Source: an uncultured Candidatus Bathyarchaeia archaeon
GTDB taxonomy: Archaea > Thermoproteota > Bathyarchaeia > 40CM-2-53-6
Reading direction: 5' to 3'
Assembly: GCA_964598845.1 (NCBI GenBank)
Contig: CAZRDM010000006.1
Coordinates: 38,049-102,048, forward strand
DNA: 64,000 nt
Below, piece after piece: positions 28,930 through 39,541 of this stretch (the first letter of the stretch is position 1; the number at the start of each line of letters is the position of its first letter). The notes under the pieces were generated by a model. That model saw nothing but the letters and a program-made list of their open reading frames with translations, was not told where the DNA came from and searched no databases. The position numbers and the translations under genes are program-made.

Positions 28930-29934
28930 CTAGACGGGATATGCACCGCATGTTCTGCAGTAGTTCGCATTCTCCTCTAAGCGTGCCCCGCATCCCAGGC
29001 AGGCCTTGGTTCCCTTACCAACTCCGCGAGGAATCTCCAACATCTTTCGGTACACCTGGTAGTATGCGAGATGCTCCTTACTTGTGATTCGCACGCCGTC
29101 CGATAGTTCACAGGCCTTCTTCCTCGCTTCAAACTCCTCATCGGGAATCTTAGAATCATAATATCCGGGGAGCGAGGAAGTTCCAGATCCCTGTTCAATA
29201 GGCATCTTCACTCGCCACGTAATGTCTTCGGGCAGGAGTTCTTCGAAGGCCTTTCGCAGGATCCATTTTCCGTACACTTGACCCCGTTCCTTTCGAACCT
29301 TCAGGCCTGCTGGAATCCTCATGGCAAAGGCCTTGAACTCCTCATCAAGGAACGGGAGTACGGCGTGCATCCCTAAGCTCTTGGCGAGAGGAATCGAAGA
29401 GAAGCGCATGATCTTCCACATATTCGCAAGGCTCTTTTCGAGATCAGCTATGTTCTTGTTGAAGAGGAAGCTGTAGCCAGCGAAGAGCTCATCTCCTCCG
29501 TCCCCTGTCATGACAGACTCAAAGCCAGCTTCCTTCGCTGCACGAAGCCCAACCAGAATCGGGATATCGTTCCGAACCTCCATGGGATCGAATGTTCTCA
29601 TCACCCTGACGACATCTGGGATTGCTCTCTCAACATCACTTTCGTCAATGTGCACAATCACATGTCTCGAAACGAATCTTTCTGCAATCATCCTCGCAAA
29701 CTTCAGGTCCGGCGCCTCTTTCAATGAAACTGTAATACCCGTAAGTCTTGCGTATCTGTATGAGGTAGCAGCGACAATCGAAGTATCGAGTCCACCCGAA
29801 AGTAGGACAGATTCCGCTAAGTTCTTACGAACAGCGTTATCGAGTAAGAGCCTAAGTCTTGCGCCAGTCTCATTGACTGAGTATTCGAATGGAGATGATT
29901 GAGAACCAAGGCGGACCGGTCTTCTTTCCTGCAA
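28930..29934 (-). CDS. asparagine-synthetase-domain (PP-loop ATP pyrophosphatase) protein with C-terminal zinc ribbon
   Basis: PP-loop SVLLSGGLDTS, AsnB C-terminal domain-like body, C-terminal CLGCGARLEENANYCRTCG; no glutaminase domain. Confidence 0.7.
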   Translation of the reverse strand: MQERRPVRLGSQSSPFEYSVNETGARLRLLLDNAVRKNLAESVLLSGGLDTSIVAATSYRYARLTGITVSLKEAPDLKFARMIAERFVSRHVIVHIDESDVERAIPDVVRVMRTFDPMEVRNDIPILVGLRAAKEAGFESVMTGDGGDELFAGYSFLFNKNIADLEKSLANMWKIMRFSSIPLAKSLGMHAVLPFLDEEFKAFAMRIPAGLKVRKERGQVYGKWILRKAFEELLPEDITWRVKMPIEQGSGTSSLPGYYDSKIPDEEFEARKKACELSDGVRITSKEHLAYYQVYRKMLEIPRGVGKGTKACLGCGARLEENANYCRTCGAYPV

Positions 29935-30445
29935 TACCTCTCTGCTCTCCTGATCTCACATTTCTTGTGAGAAGCAGACTTACTATCAAGACGCCAATCA
30001 AGGTTATCGCGATAGCAGGAAATTCCGAAAGAGACGCTTCTGACAGTACGTTTGCATCATACACAGTTACTGTTGGAGTGGTTGCCTCTGTTGAGTACAT
30101 AATGTAGGCAAGCGTGTGTTCTCCTGGCTCCTTCGGTGCCCATGTCCAGCTGAATGTGGGATAACCGTTCACGTTAACGGTCCACACCGCGTACTCATGA
30201 CCAGCTATGGCGAATATGCATGCGAAGGGGGAACTCCAGGAATGATCAAGCAGGCGAAAGATTCCCCAGTAACCATTCACGTGAAGCGTCGTTCCTTGGA
30301 TGTACGTGCCATTTTCGTAAATCACGTTAACTTCGACGAGTGCATTGTCATTGGCATGCTCCCGTTGATCCCAGTTACAGTGAGGGACCACATCATATGC
30401 TGAGCCAGAGCTCATGAAAGTCGTGGCCAGCATCGATAGCAGCAA
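29870..30445 (-). CDS. secreted/membrane-anchored protein
   Basis: N-terminal signal sequence, beta-rich body, C-terminal TM helix plus basic residues. Confidence 0.4.
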   Translation of the reverse strand: MLLSMLATTFMSSGSAYDVVPHCNWDQREHANDNALVEVNVIYENGTYIQGTTLHVNGYWGIFRLLDHSWSSPFACIFAIAGHEYAVWTVNVNGYPTFSWTWAPKEPGEHTLAYIMYSTEATTPTVTVYDANVLSEASLSEFPAIAITLIGVLIVSLLLTRNVRSGEQRGIAGKKTGPPWFSIISIRILSQ

Positions 30446-30705
30446 AACAGCGACCGGCAGTCTCAGCTCCCCTACCTCCTAACCGACCGATTCTTGCGCG
30501 TTGAAACACTAACGTTTCACACATCGCACATTAATCTTTCGTTCGTTTCTCGCAGAAAGATCTTGCCCTTTTCCTCGGTTCTAGACGAGGAGTTGAACTC
30601 CTCGGGAAACGCATGTCTCCAACCTTGTCAGGGTTCCGCGTGAATCCTTTTCCATGAAATTCATAGCCTCGATTCAGATCGGCTTGTGAGACGGAAAGTA
30701 CTGTG

Positions 30706-31011
30706 CTATGTAGCGGAAGCTTCGGTTTGTCTCTCCGGAATCCACGTGATCTCAGGGAAAAGGAGCCCCGCATGCCTCTGGGCGTGATCGTAGATCTGCG
30801 AAAGAGTGTGGGTGCGCAAATGGTCCCTGAAGATCTTGAAGGCTTCCTCGACTTCTGCCTCCTCAAGTTTGGCGACGCTCGTATTGCAGAGAGGACACTT
30901 GATCTGCGCCCTCATCACCAGTTCCCTGAGAGGGGCGGGACACTGGCAATCGATATGAAGTTTACACTCGCGAGCGGCGCGGTGTGAGGGAGCATGTTTG
31001 TTCAATTCCAT
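30706..31011 (-). CDS. Cys/His-rich zinc-finger-like protein
   Basis: 101 aa with CxC, CPLC and several His. Confidence 0.35.
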   Translation of the reverse strand: MELNKHAPSHRAARECKLHIDCQCPAPLRELVMRAQIKCPLCNTSVAKLEEAEVEEAFKIFRDHLRTHTLSQIYDHAQRHAGLLFPEITWIPERQTEASAT

Positions 31012-31065
31012 AAACTTAGCTTGACACGATAGCCTTGGTTAGATTGATCCTACCTGTGCGATGGA

Positions 31066-34000
31066 TCACGCCAGAGCAATGGTTATGATGTGCAGTTCCA
31101 CGCCCTGGGATGTTTGGACTAAAGCGCCGACATAAACCATCCTTGTAGTTCCGGTGAAGACTGTCCACACGTTTACTGTTCTGGCGTTGTTCGAGATTAG
31201 TACATCCTGTACAAAATTGTGCAGAGTTGAGTTGACTGCGTCCCAGTCCTGCAGCCCCCTGAAGGTCAGGTTGGCGTAGAGGTATTCCACGTTGGCGCTA
31301 GGCTGACGGATTGGTGTGCGGACCTCAAGGCCCATTCTTGATAGCTCATCCTTGACCGCGTCTATGCGCTGCTGTTCGCCGGAGAGTGTCACGCCGCTTC
31401 CAAGCAGCGAATAGGCCCTGAACGGCGCGGCAGCGATTTCTCGAGGATCTTTGCTATCTTGGAGCAAGTATGGGGATCCGACTTTGCCTGTGACGCCATC
31501 GGCAGCGACGACCATTCCTACGTTTAGAACTGAGGGCGATGGCGCGTAGTACGGGAGGAGATACACAGGGCGATTCCCCACAACGTAGAGGAGGAGATTT
31601 CCTTCCTGCCATTCCTGACCCGCGAGCCTCCTAGTGGTAAGAATGTTCTGTACATCAGGCTGGCTTCTAATGGAATCTAGTATTATCTGGATAGGCAGCG
31701 CCTTTTCCAAGGGGATGAACAGCTCCTTTCCGTATCCGAAGAAAACAAACATTCCAGCGACGGCTCGCGGTGTCCACTGCTCGCTTCTTTGTTTGTAGAC
31801 TTCAACTATTCTAACTGCGGCGTACTGCAAGTGGCCATCGTAGAAGACCGGCACGTAGCGGATGTCGTCGATTCGAGTGTTGAAGTAGTCGTCCCTTCCT
31901 AGAGGAAAGTCAAACATGTTGAGCGTCTTGTACCAACTGCTCGCATCCGAACTTTCGATCCTATACGTATTGTACAGGTCGATAAGCCGATACATGAGGC
32001 TCTTCGGAAAACGTACTTGGCTTGCGAGCCAGTCTGGCATCTCCTTGTCCCATGCTCCGTAGAACGAACCGTAGAACTTGGTGATGTAATTCTCCTGCCA
32101 GTTTCCATATCTGTATCCGCTGATCTTGCCGTCATGGGTGTTCACGAGCATGACGGCGAAAGGACGTCTGAAATCGCCGCTTGTTTCAACGAACTGGCCC
32201 AATCTCTCGGTATCAGCATACGGCGTGTTCAATGCCCTCTCGATGTAGACAGAGAAGGCGTAGTAGATGTTCCCCTGCGGGTCTGTGACTAGATATGGAA
32301 TCGGTGTGTTCGCGACCGGCTCGTTCTCTACGACCAATCCCTTGATTAGAATGGCTGAGACTCGATCGATCACGTCCCTGTGCATCAGCACCGATATGTC
32401 TCGACCGAAACCTCCTGTTGCGAACTGTATATTGCCCTGCAGGAGGAGGAAAAACCAGAATCGCTCAGAGAATCCCAGAACTTTTTCATCTTCGCCGAAG
32501 ATGTAGTCTGGTTCTCCATCGTAGAAGGTCGAGTGCTTGTACCCAGGCATGTGAGTTTCAGTCCAATTGCCTATTCTCAGGAAGACCATTCCCTGCTCCT
32601 TGAACAGACCCCCGATCCCGTAGTACATTGAAATCCTAGTTGGATCTGCCTCAGGGAACACCCTGCTGATTGGCACCACTTCGCCTGTGGCTGCATCCAC
32701 CGCGAGAATAACCTCGCTGTGCGTATACTGGTAACGCGCACCAACCTCCTGACTGGATTGTTCCGGTAGCACGGGACTCGTAGGCAAGACCCAGTATTCC
32801 TTGTCGCCGCTCCAAACTATCATCGGCCCATAGGTGATCTGCCCGCTTGAATCCACATCGTATGCTAGCTTCATCCATGGCTGTCCTATGTCACGCCCGT
32901 AGGCGTACTGCATCTGACTTATCGCAGCTGTGAAGCTGACGACCCTTATTGAGCGAAGGATCTCCTCCTCTACAGGAGGAGGAACGGTGAGCATGCTAGC
33001 ATTGGCGACCTGAATTGTTCCGAGACTATCCGCCCACTTCACGTAGTCTATGTGAGGCCTAATTGTGTAGGGAAACTCGAAGATATTCCTGTTACCCTCA
33101 TAGTCCTGCAACCTGTGATATGCCAAGTCCGTCTGGAGACTTGGCGCGATGAGCAGCAGTCCTATCAGCATGATCACAAGTATCGATCTCATGATTGTCC
33201 GGCGCGTGCTTTGAGGTACAGTCCCCCGCCACAAACGGTCGGCAACGGTGAAGAAGAGCGTCACACCGACCAGTACGACTGCCGTCGCTATGCGCCACAT
33301 TGTGTGAATCGGAAGCGAGATGTCGGCCAGGATCATGGGTGACTCGGCTATCATGATGTAGATGTACCATATGGTTGCAATGAGCATGATGTTTCGCAGC
33401 GATTTAACCCAGTTGTGGTGCACGGGAATTGAGAACAGCGCAGTCATGGAGACAAGGACAAGCAGTGGGATGACATACGCCCGCATTAGCCTGATGAAGT
33501 CGAATACGACCGTGTTCGCTATTAGAAAAGCGCCGTCCGGATAGTGCCCGCTCATTATGTAGGTCACTGCCCGTAAGTAACCCTCACTCAGAAACTGTGG
33601 CCAACTTATCCCCGCGTCTTGAATGTACCCGTTCACCAAGAGAAATTGCGCCGCAACCGTATGGGCGAGACTTGAACCCACTACCGCACCTATGAAGGCG
33701 AAGAACAACGGTACTGCTGGCAGCCATTTCCTAACGTCCATGTGCGGCCTCCTTGGTATCCACCCAAAATCATCTTGCGGTCGCCTGCTCTCCCTGTCTA
33801 CTCCCTTGAGTCTTGTTCCCCACCAAGCCGCGAAAACCACACCAATGAATGCGAAGGTTACCACGTAGGCCAGCAATGCGTACCAGTAGACACCCTTCTC
33901 GAACCAGAGAGCCCAGACATCCAGACCGCCCTTTCGCGATATCCAGACCCCTTCGATCTTAATACTGAAGAGCCAATTAGCTACCAGGACGACTACAATT

Positions 34001-34074
34001 AGAGCCACTATTCCAAGAAGTAGGGCCCGACTTATCCAACTTGTCATGTAACTCCGAGACAAACTCCGCTGCAC
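31066..34074 (-). CDS. UPF0182-like large membrane protein (about 7 N-terminal TM helices plus about 700 aa extracytoplasmic domain)
   Basis: 1002 aa; the architecture and size are characteristic of the UPF0182 family. Assigned by overall pattern only. Confidence 0.6.
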   Translation of the reverse strand: MQRSLSRSYMTSWISRALLLGIVALIVVVLVANWLFSIKIEGVWISRKGGLDVWALWFEKGVYWYALLAYVVTFAFIGVVFAAWWGTRLKGVDRESRRPQDDFGWIPRRPHMDVRKWLPAVPLFFAFIGAVVGSSLAHTVAAQFLLVNGYIQDAGISWPQFLSEGYLRAVTYIMSGHYPDGAFLIANTVVFDFIRLMRAYVIPLLVLVSMTALFSIPVHHNWVKSLRNIMLIATIWYIYIMIAESPMILADISLPIHTMWRIATAVVLVGVTLFFTVADRLWRGTVPQSTRRTIMRSILVIMLIGLLLIAPSLQTDLAYHRLQDYEGNRNIFEFPYTIRPHIDYVKWADSLGTIQVANASMLTVPPPVEEEILRSIRVVSFTAAISQMQYAYGRDIGQPWMKLAYDVDSSGQITYGPMIVWSGDKEYWVLPTSPVLPEQSSQEVGARYQYTHSEVILAVDAATGEVVPISRVFPEADPTRISMYYGIGGLFKEQGMVFLRIGNWTETHMPGYKHSTFYDGEPDYIFGEDEKVLGFSERFWFFLLLQGNIQFATGGFGRDISVLMHRDVIDRVSAILIKGLVVENEPVANTPIPYLVTDPQGNIYYAFSVYIERALNTPYADTERLGQFVETSGDFRRPFAVMLVNTHDGKISGYRYGNWQENYITKFYGSFYGAWDKEMPDWLASQVRFPKSLMYRLIDLYNTYRIESSDASSWYKTLNMFDFPLGRDDYFNTRIDDIRYVPVFYDGHLQYAAVRIVEVYKQRSEQWTPRAVAGMFVFFGYGKELFIPLEKALPIQIILDSIRSQPDVQNILTTRRLAGQEWQEGNLLLYVVGNRPVYLLPYYAPSPSVLNVGMVVAADGVTGKVGSPYLLQDSKDPREIAAAPFRAYSLLGSGVTLSGEQQRIDAVKDELSRMGLEVRTPIRQPSANVEYLYANLTFRGLQDWDAVNSTLHNFVQDVLISNNARTVNVWTVFTGTTRMVYVGALVQTSQGVELHIITIALA

Positions 34075-34269
34075 ACTACTCTCGTCTCATTCATATTCGT
34101 GCTAGAAAAATCCAGTGCAACAGCCAGATTCGATTCGATTTCAGGATTGATGGGGGCTATCACGCATGAAAATCAAATTGACGATGAACAGACGACGTTG
34201 ATGTTCTACTAACGAACTCAATACGCCTCTGGATACTTTGAAAGAGGAATCGGCCGCAAAGACCTAATC

Positions 34270-34470
34270 TCAATCATAGAAAACGACCTTCATCTCGTAC
34301 AAGAGGGCCGCGAAGCAGAGTATGGCGAGACCAGCGAAGACCCCGAACATTCTCTGCTGGTCAGCCAGATCCGCCAAGAGAGCTTCGTAGATGAATATCG
34401 ACTCCAGCAGGATTATTACTCCAGCTAGCACGAGCCAGCTACGGGAAACCCGGCAGATTTTCGATCCCAT
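34270..34470 (-). CDS. small two-TM membrane protein
   Basis: 66 aa, hydrophobic. Confidence 0.3.
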   Translation of the reverse strand: MGSKICRVSRSWLVLAGVIILLESIFIYEALLADLADQQRMFGVFAGLAILCFAALLYEMKVVFYD

Positions 34471-34640
34471 TGCGGACTCGGGAACAATCTGATTTGCCTT
34501 ATAACGCGTTGCATAGCAGAGCAGAGGAGAAGATAGCCCATCTTCTTGGTCTCATCGAAACGATATTCAGTTAGCGATACCCAGCACTTCTAGAAGGTTC
34601 AGTCATTAGTGGATGTATTGCACAGTTGATTACCGTAAGT

Positions 34641-35156
34641 TCATCGAGTGACTTCGTGCAACGTAACCAGGAGGTAGATGTCTTTGTCACCCTCAAAGAT
34701 CGTTAGATATAGTCCCGACAAGAATGCAGTTATCGCTCCTAGGCCAATCCACCTCTTGGGCACAGTGATTACTGCCTTCTGTCTGCACACTCGGAGAATC
34801 TCTAACAAAGCCACATTCGGGTTATCTACATTCTGCATCACAGTAAGTGCGATGACCTTGTTGAAAGCCTTGTCCCTGAACGGAAGCGCAGCCGCGTCGG
34901 CAACAACATAAAGGGGACCTGTCTTTCTCCTAGCTTCCGAAATCATCCCCTTGGCCACATCTATACCGACAACCGATCCTGCTACGCGAGCCAAGAGTGT
35001 CGTTACAAGGCCAGTCCCGCACCCCATATCGAGCACGAAATCGTCAACCGAGATCGACAAGAACTCACTGATATCCGAGAACTTCTTCAGTTGCTCTTCT
35101 CCATAAAGCTCCTCGTAGCACGGAACGATCATTGAGTAGTAATCCTTGACGGCCAT
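34641..35156 (-). CDS. class I SAM-dependent methyltransferase
   Basis: motif I VLDMGCGTGLVT, motif post-I VVGIDVAKGMI. Confidence 0.7.
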   Translation of the reverse strand: MAVKDYYSMIVPCYEELYGEEQLKKFSDISEFLSISVDDFVLDMGCGTGLVTTLLARVAGSVVGIDVAKGMISEARRKTGPLYVVADAAALPFRDKAFNKVIALTVMQNVDNPNVALLEILRVCRQKAVITVPKRWIGLGAITAFLSGLYLTIFEGDKDIYLLVTLHEVTR

Positions 35157-35194
35157 GAGCTTACTCTGCCGAGGAAAGAAGGATCACCCATTTG

Positions 35195-35383
35195 CTATGC
35201 TGTTATAGGATCCAGTCGAATGCGTGGTTTCCGGACAGCTTTCTCCGTAATTTTCGGCGAGCTTCGGCCATGCGAATAACAGTATTGTTCGCAGCGTTCA
35301 GCGGTTTCAAGATCTCCGTAGGCGAACCCGCAGATCTCGCACTCGTAAATGGTTCGACCTTTCCACATGACCTCATTTACCAT
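35195..35383 (-). CDS. small rubredoxin-like zinc-binding protein
   Basis: 62 aa with CEICG ... CEQYC. Confidence 0.35.
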   Translation of the reverse strand: MVNEVMWKGRTIYECEICGFAYGDLETAERCEQYCYSHGRSSPKITEKAVRKPRIRLDPITA

Positions 35384-35627
35384 TTTTCGGGCATCAACGC
35401 TGATTGCTGCTACTACTAAGGGAAAGGAGTGCTGTAAGAAGATTGCTCCCTCCTAGGTCCACTCCGTGGGAGGGATTGCTTGCTCTACGCGGGCGAAAGC
35501 AGCTTCAATTGCAATAAGCCTACTAGGCCTCACGAGCGCCCCCTCTTCTCGCTCGTGGTCGCGCATCATCAATTCGCCTCTGAAAGTTGACAAGAGGGCC
35601 TTACTCTTGGGATTGACCGGTCATGGA

Positions 35628-36581
35628 TTACACGGGAGGGGATGAATGCTTCAGGTTGGCGCGGAAGAGGTTCTCCCATCGCCTATGCGCTAGGTCCAGG
35701 TTGTCGCTTGAGATGACTATGTCGAGATATTGAAGATGCATCCCTACGGCCGCATGTATCTGTTCGTTGGTAATCTTGCTGAGCCCGCGAATTCTAGCTA
35801 GGGTAATGAGTGCAGATAGAGGAGGTTTGAGGTAGTGTTCAACGAAGCACACTTGAACCGCGAATCTGTTCCCGCGGAGTATCTTTATGATGGGATACGC
35901 AGACCCACGCCATAACACGGCATTGGCTAAGTTGCGTCGAAGCTTGCGGAGCACGTGGTAACACGCAGTTCTGAAATCAATTTGAGACTGCTGGAGTTCT
36001 TCTGCTAGGTATTGACGCCATGATTGCGCGTCGATTCCAGAAATCTTGGAGCGAAGCTCCATGGCGAGAAGCTTTTCAGAGATTCTTGCGTGGGCTAGTT
36101 CCGCTTGCAGACTGCCGTAGCAAGCGACTATGAGTTCTGGCTTGAGGAGTTTGGCCCTGCGAATTTCTTGGAAGAAGAGGTCCCATGAATAGCGGGCGGC
36201 TCTGAGGAAAGGGTCCGTCACGCCAAGGAGGCTTTGGTAGTACGACCAGAACTGAACATCGGTTCGCTCAAAATTCAAGAAATCACTTAGCCCGGCCTCG
36301 ATCTCGATAGGCATTTCAACGAGTGCGAGATCTGGAAGCCTAGAGACGAATAATTTCCCAGCCTTCCACATGCACTCCCTACGGCTTGGCGTTAGAACCA
36401 GAGCCGTCTGATTGGTTTGGAACGTAGATTGACTAGAGCGTTCATTGCAAGGCCTCGGCGGTGACAAAATCATTGCTTCTCTTGGACCAAGAGGCAAACT
36501 CGATGCTCGTCCTTGGAAAATCTTGCTCCCTGGATGAGATTCGTCGCAAAGTGGTTGTCTGGGGTTGCGCACCATATGCAA
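35628..36581 (-). CDS. hypothetical protein
   Basis: 317 aa ORF; the N-terminal about 60 aa are probably an over-extension and no motif was recognised. Confidence 0.4.
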   Translation of the reverse strand: MHMVRNPRQPLCDESHPGSKIFQGRASSLPLGPREAMILSPPRPCNERSSQSTFQTNQTALVLTPSRRECMWKAGKLFVSRLPDLALVEMPIEIEAGLSDFLNFERTDVQFWSYYQSLLGVTDPFLRAARYSWDLFFQEIRRAKLLKPELIVACYGSLQAELAHARISEKLLAMELRSKISGIDAQSWRQYLAEELQQSQIDFRTACYHVLRKLRRNLANAVLWRGSAYPIIKILRGNRFAVQVCFVEHYLKPPLSALITLARIRGLSKITNEQIHAAVGMHLQYLDIVISSDNLDLAHRRWENLFRANLKHSSPPV

Positions 36582-36732
36582 GATTGCCTTCCCAAGAACT
36601 CGGAAAGGCCTGCAAAGCGCCGCCGCATACCTCAGAGTGTCGCAATTGCCAGGATATTACCGATTATACTCGATTGGTAATATTCATTAGATCGACTGCT
36701 TCAAAACCTTGGTTCGGGACGGGTTTCCGGGC

Positions 36733-37056
36733 ATGCAATTTTGTCCGAAATGTGCCTCAGCGCTTCTGCCTACAAAGAGGCAGAAAGCCATAGTGCTAAG
36801 CTGCCCCAAGTGTGGGTACGAAAGCAGGCAGTCAGATCGCATTGTTCAGAAGCTCGAACAACAGAAAGAGCGTGTAGTCATTATAGGCAGGGAGGAAGAG
36901 AAGATTCGGACGTTACCCAAGACTAAGGTAGAATGCCGAAAGTGCGGGCATAAGGAAGCGTTCTACTGGCTGGTTCAAACGCGCAGCGCTGAAGAGTCAT
37001 CTACTCAGTTCTTCAGGTGCACTAGTTGCGGGACGACTTGGCGCGAGGTTTCCTAG
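36733..37056 (+). CDS. tfs: transcription factor S (TFIIS-like, RNAP subunit M paralogue)
   Basis: N-terminal zinc ribbon MQFCPKC...CPKCGY, C-terminal TFIIS zinc ribbon with acidic hairpin (TRSAEESSTQFFRCTSCGTTWRE). Confidence 0.8.
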   Translation: MQFCPKCASALLPTKRQKAIVLSCPKCGYESRQSDRIVQKLEQQKERVVIIGREEEKIRTLPKTKVECRKCGHKEAFYWLVQTRSAEESSTQFFRCTSCGTTWREVS

Positions 37057-37283
37057 ACTCATTCTCCCCGAGGCCTGTTGCAAGTAACTGGCATGGTTCA
37101 GTATCGAAGGGGTCGATCGATAGTCGTTTGATAGGATCTTCCTCCCCCTCCACCTAAGCTTACGCGATGAACAAAAGACCCACAAAGATCAGGATCAAAG
37201 CTAAAGAAGTAGAGCTAAGGCCGTAATGTCTTCAATCCTCATTGAGGATGGGGACTAGTGGATAGGTGAAGAGGTGAATCGAA

Positions 37284-37766
37284 GTGGAGACCAAGGTAAA
37301 GGTCGGTGATACAGCGCCTGACTTCGAAGGTATAGCATCCGAGGGGACACTACTTCGACTCAAGGACTTTCTCGGAAAGAAGAATGTAGTGCTCTACTTC
37401 TACCCCGAAGATGACACGACAGGTTGCACGATGGAGGCCTGCAGTTTCAGGGACAACTTGCAACCAATTAGAGCCATGTGGACTGAAATCGTGGGCATAA
37501 GCGTAGACAGCGTCGAATCGCATGAGAAGTTCTCAGAGAAATACGGACTAACGTTCCCGCTAGTCAGCGACTCGGATAAACGGATCGCCAGAGCCTATGG
37601 CGTTTTGAGTGATGATGGAACCACTGCTAAGAGGGTAACGTTCATCATCGACAAGAGAGGAAAAGTTGTGAAAATCTTTCCGAAAGTCGATGTAACGAAG
37701 CACACGCATGAAGTGGTCGAAGTACTGAAACGACTGATGTCTGGTCAATCGCCTAATATCTCCTGA
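37284..37766 (+). CDS. bcp: peroxiredoxin, Bcp type
   Basis: AhpC/TSA motif VVLYFYPEDDTTGCTMEAC. Confidence 0.85.
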   Translation: METKVKVGDTAPDFEGIASEGTLLRLKDFLGKKNVVLYFYPEDDTTGCTMEACSFRDNLQPIRAMWTEIVGISVDSVESHEKFSEKYGLTFPLVSDSDKRIARAYGVLSDDGTTAKRVTFIIDKRGKVVKIFPKVDVTKHTHEVVEVLKRLMSGQSPNIS

Positions 37767-37808
37767 GTCAGCTACGCTTGTGGTGTTGCGTATGGTCTTC
37801 GCGCAAAA

Positions 37809-38330
37809 TCAGACCTTTCGAGAAAGTAGAGTCACGATTGCAGCCCCGTATACAAACGAATCTGCCAAGATTTCCAGGCCATGAAAAATCCTCAGCGGGA
37901 CAGGTGATGGGAGGATTTCGAGAGGGCTCAGCAGGAAAGGGATCAGGGTGCCTAGAACATACAGAAGAGTGACTACGCGAAAATAGGGATACCTGTTCCG
38001 GATTTTTAGGATGGCGAGTAGTGGCAGTAGCGCTAAGACGTAGAGAAAGCCTCGAACGATCTCGAGAGGAAGAATGACATTGAAACTTGGAATAGCAAGA
38101 CCCAGAGAGAAGTTCGTGTGGTAGGGGATGACGAAGGGACTCACCAACGCACCGAAAGTGAAGTAAATCGGAGAATAGATGAGTGAGCCCAAACCCATTC
38201 GTAAAATCCACAATCGGCCTCTCCTTTGTGCTAAGTACTGCTCGACTTCGATGAAGAATGATTTGCAGGCAAGGTTAGATGTCTTCACCCGTCTTTTGGC
38301 GGAGTATGCGGTTCCATTCGGCGATTTCAT
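37809..38330 (-). CDS. membrane protein
   Basis: 173 aa with 5 TM helices. Confidence 0.4.
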   Translation of the reverse strand: MKSPNGTAYSAKRRVKTSNLACKSFFIEVEQYLAQRRGRLWILRMGLGSLIYSPIYFTFGALVSPFVIPYHTNFSLGLAIPSFNVILPLEIVRGFLYVLALLPLLAILKIRNRYPYFRVVTLLYVLGTLIPFLLSPLEILPSPVPLRIFHGLEILADSFVYGAAIVTLLSRKV

Positions 38331-38769
38331 ACTGGTCGGTTCGATAGTCGCTTCTGTAGGGTTTGATATCTAAGACGGGGGTTCCGTCGAAGCAGTCGAG
38401 TCCTTGGACGACCAGCTTCCCCTTCTCTCTCCGATTTAGCTTGACCAAGCTTAGCCCGATCGGGTTAGGTCTGGTCGGTGAGTCGATGGCGAAGACTCCA
38501 ACGAGAGGCAGATCCTCAAGCTTGAATCCCCTCCTCAAGAGCCGACGCGGCCTAACCTTCAACGCTCCGACTTGCTCAGGCCTCAGTTTGTGCAGATATG
38601 TCAGAACAAAGATGTGTGAGAAACCTTCTATTCCATCCAGTCCTTCTTGGTACTCTGGAAAGACCTCTACACTCGCTTCCAATTCACAACTAGCCTCTCT
38701 TATCTCGTCGTCAGAGGCATGAGTTCTGACTACGCCTATGGAACGAAAGGTCACCTCTACGCTGCTCAT
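38275..38769 (-). CDS. TsaA/YaeB/TrmO-family tRNA (adenine37-N6)-methyltransferase
   Basis: conserved RPNPIGLSLVKL ... GLDCFDGTPVLDIKPY. The start is placed at the MSSVEVTFRSIGVV Met. Confidence 0.75.
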   Translation of the reverse strand: MSSVEVTFRSIGVVRTHASDDEIREASCELEASVEVFPEYQEGLDGIEGFSHIFVLTYLHKLRPEQVGALKVRPRRLLRRGFKLEDLPLVGVFAIDSPTRPNPIGLSLVKLNRREKGKLVVQGLDCFDGTPVLDIKPYRSDYRTDQYEIAEWNRILRQKTGEDI

Positions 38770-39409
38770 TTCGTCGTCCCTTTGATTAATCCCCAGTAAA
38801 TACTGACCGCTTGAAGAAAAGCATCTTCCAATCTGCCGCAACGTAGTACACAGCAGTTCTCGACCTTCTTGGTCAGTACCGAGACGGAGAGGTTTAAGGA
38901 GGACCAGTTTAAGGTCTGCACCTAGGACTCATTCTTTCAAGGGAAACTGAGGTAGAACATGTCGCCCTCTCTGTCATACTGACTATCAGTTTTCTCCTTT
39001 CCAATCTACAGGCGACCTCTTTATCATGTCTGTGAAGTAGTTCGTAACAATAGACCCTTCTTGATCCGGGTCCTTGATAACGACAGCGAGGTACTTGGGG
39101 CTCCTTGGCGTAGATTCGTAGAATCTGCAAAGAACGCGAATGTCGGGGGCTCCGCCTGCTGTAGCAACGTCTTTCTTGGCGAGCGTCCCCCATCAGCCAA
39201 GACCTCTGGATGAGTCTGATCCGCTTGTCGTCGTAAGGGAGCCTCTCCCAAACAATACTCAAGTTGCTTCCTCCTCCAAAAGTGAGAACCCTGATAATAT
39301 GAAGGCAAAGTCCCTTTAGGAAATTGGTTTCTTGGAGGTCTCTCTCGTGAGATTCCGAGCAGCAACCATTCTGTTGCTGAAATCGAAAATCCGTTTAAGC
39401 GGCTATGTT

Positions 39410-39541
39410 TGGAGCCCCGGGCGGGACTTTCAGCGAATGAAAGTTCGCTTTTGAACCCGCGGCCTTCGCCTTTTCGTTGTCCAGTTACCAAGGCGGCGCT
39501 TTTGGCGTTCTATTGAATCTACCAGGCTGAGCCACCGGGGC
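39410..39541 (-). tRNA. tRNA-Thr (anticodon GGU) with three introns (D-loop, anticodon loop, T-loop)
   Basis: reverse-complement fold: acceptor GCCCCGG/CCGGGGC, D-arm GCUC-AGCCUGGUA-GAGC after removing 18 nt, anticodon stem CCGCC/GGCGA (one mismatch) with loop UUGGUAA after removing about 16 nt, T-arm GCGGG-UUCAAAU-CCCGC after removing a 23 nt hairpin-forming insert (AGCGAA..UUCGCU), discriminator U, CCA encoded. The ORF-track entries 38909-39491 are artefacts over this gene. Confidence 0.65.

Noticed and set aside
38909-39491. ORFs 38909-39262 and 39024-39491 on the minus strand
   Set aside because: They overlap the three-intron tRNA-Thr(GGU) gene and the surrounding low-complexity intergenic region. 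There is no coding signal, so these are likely artefacts.
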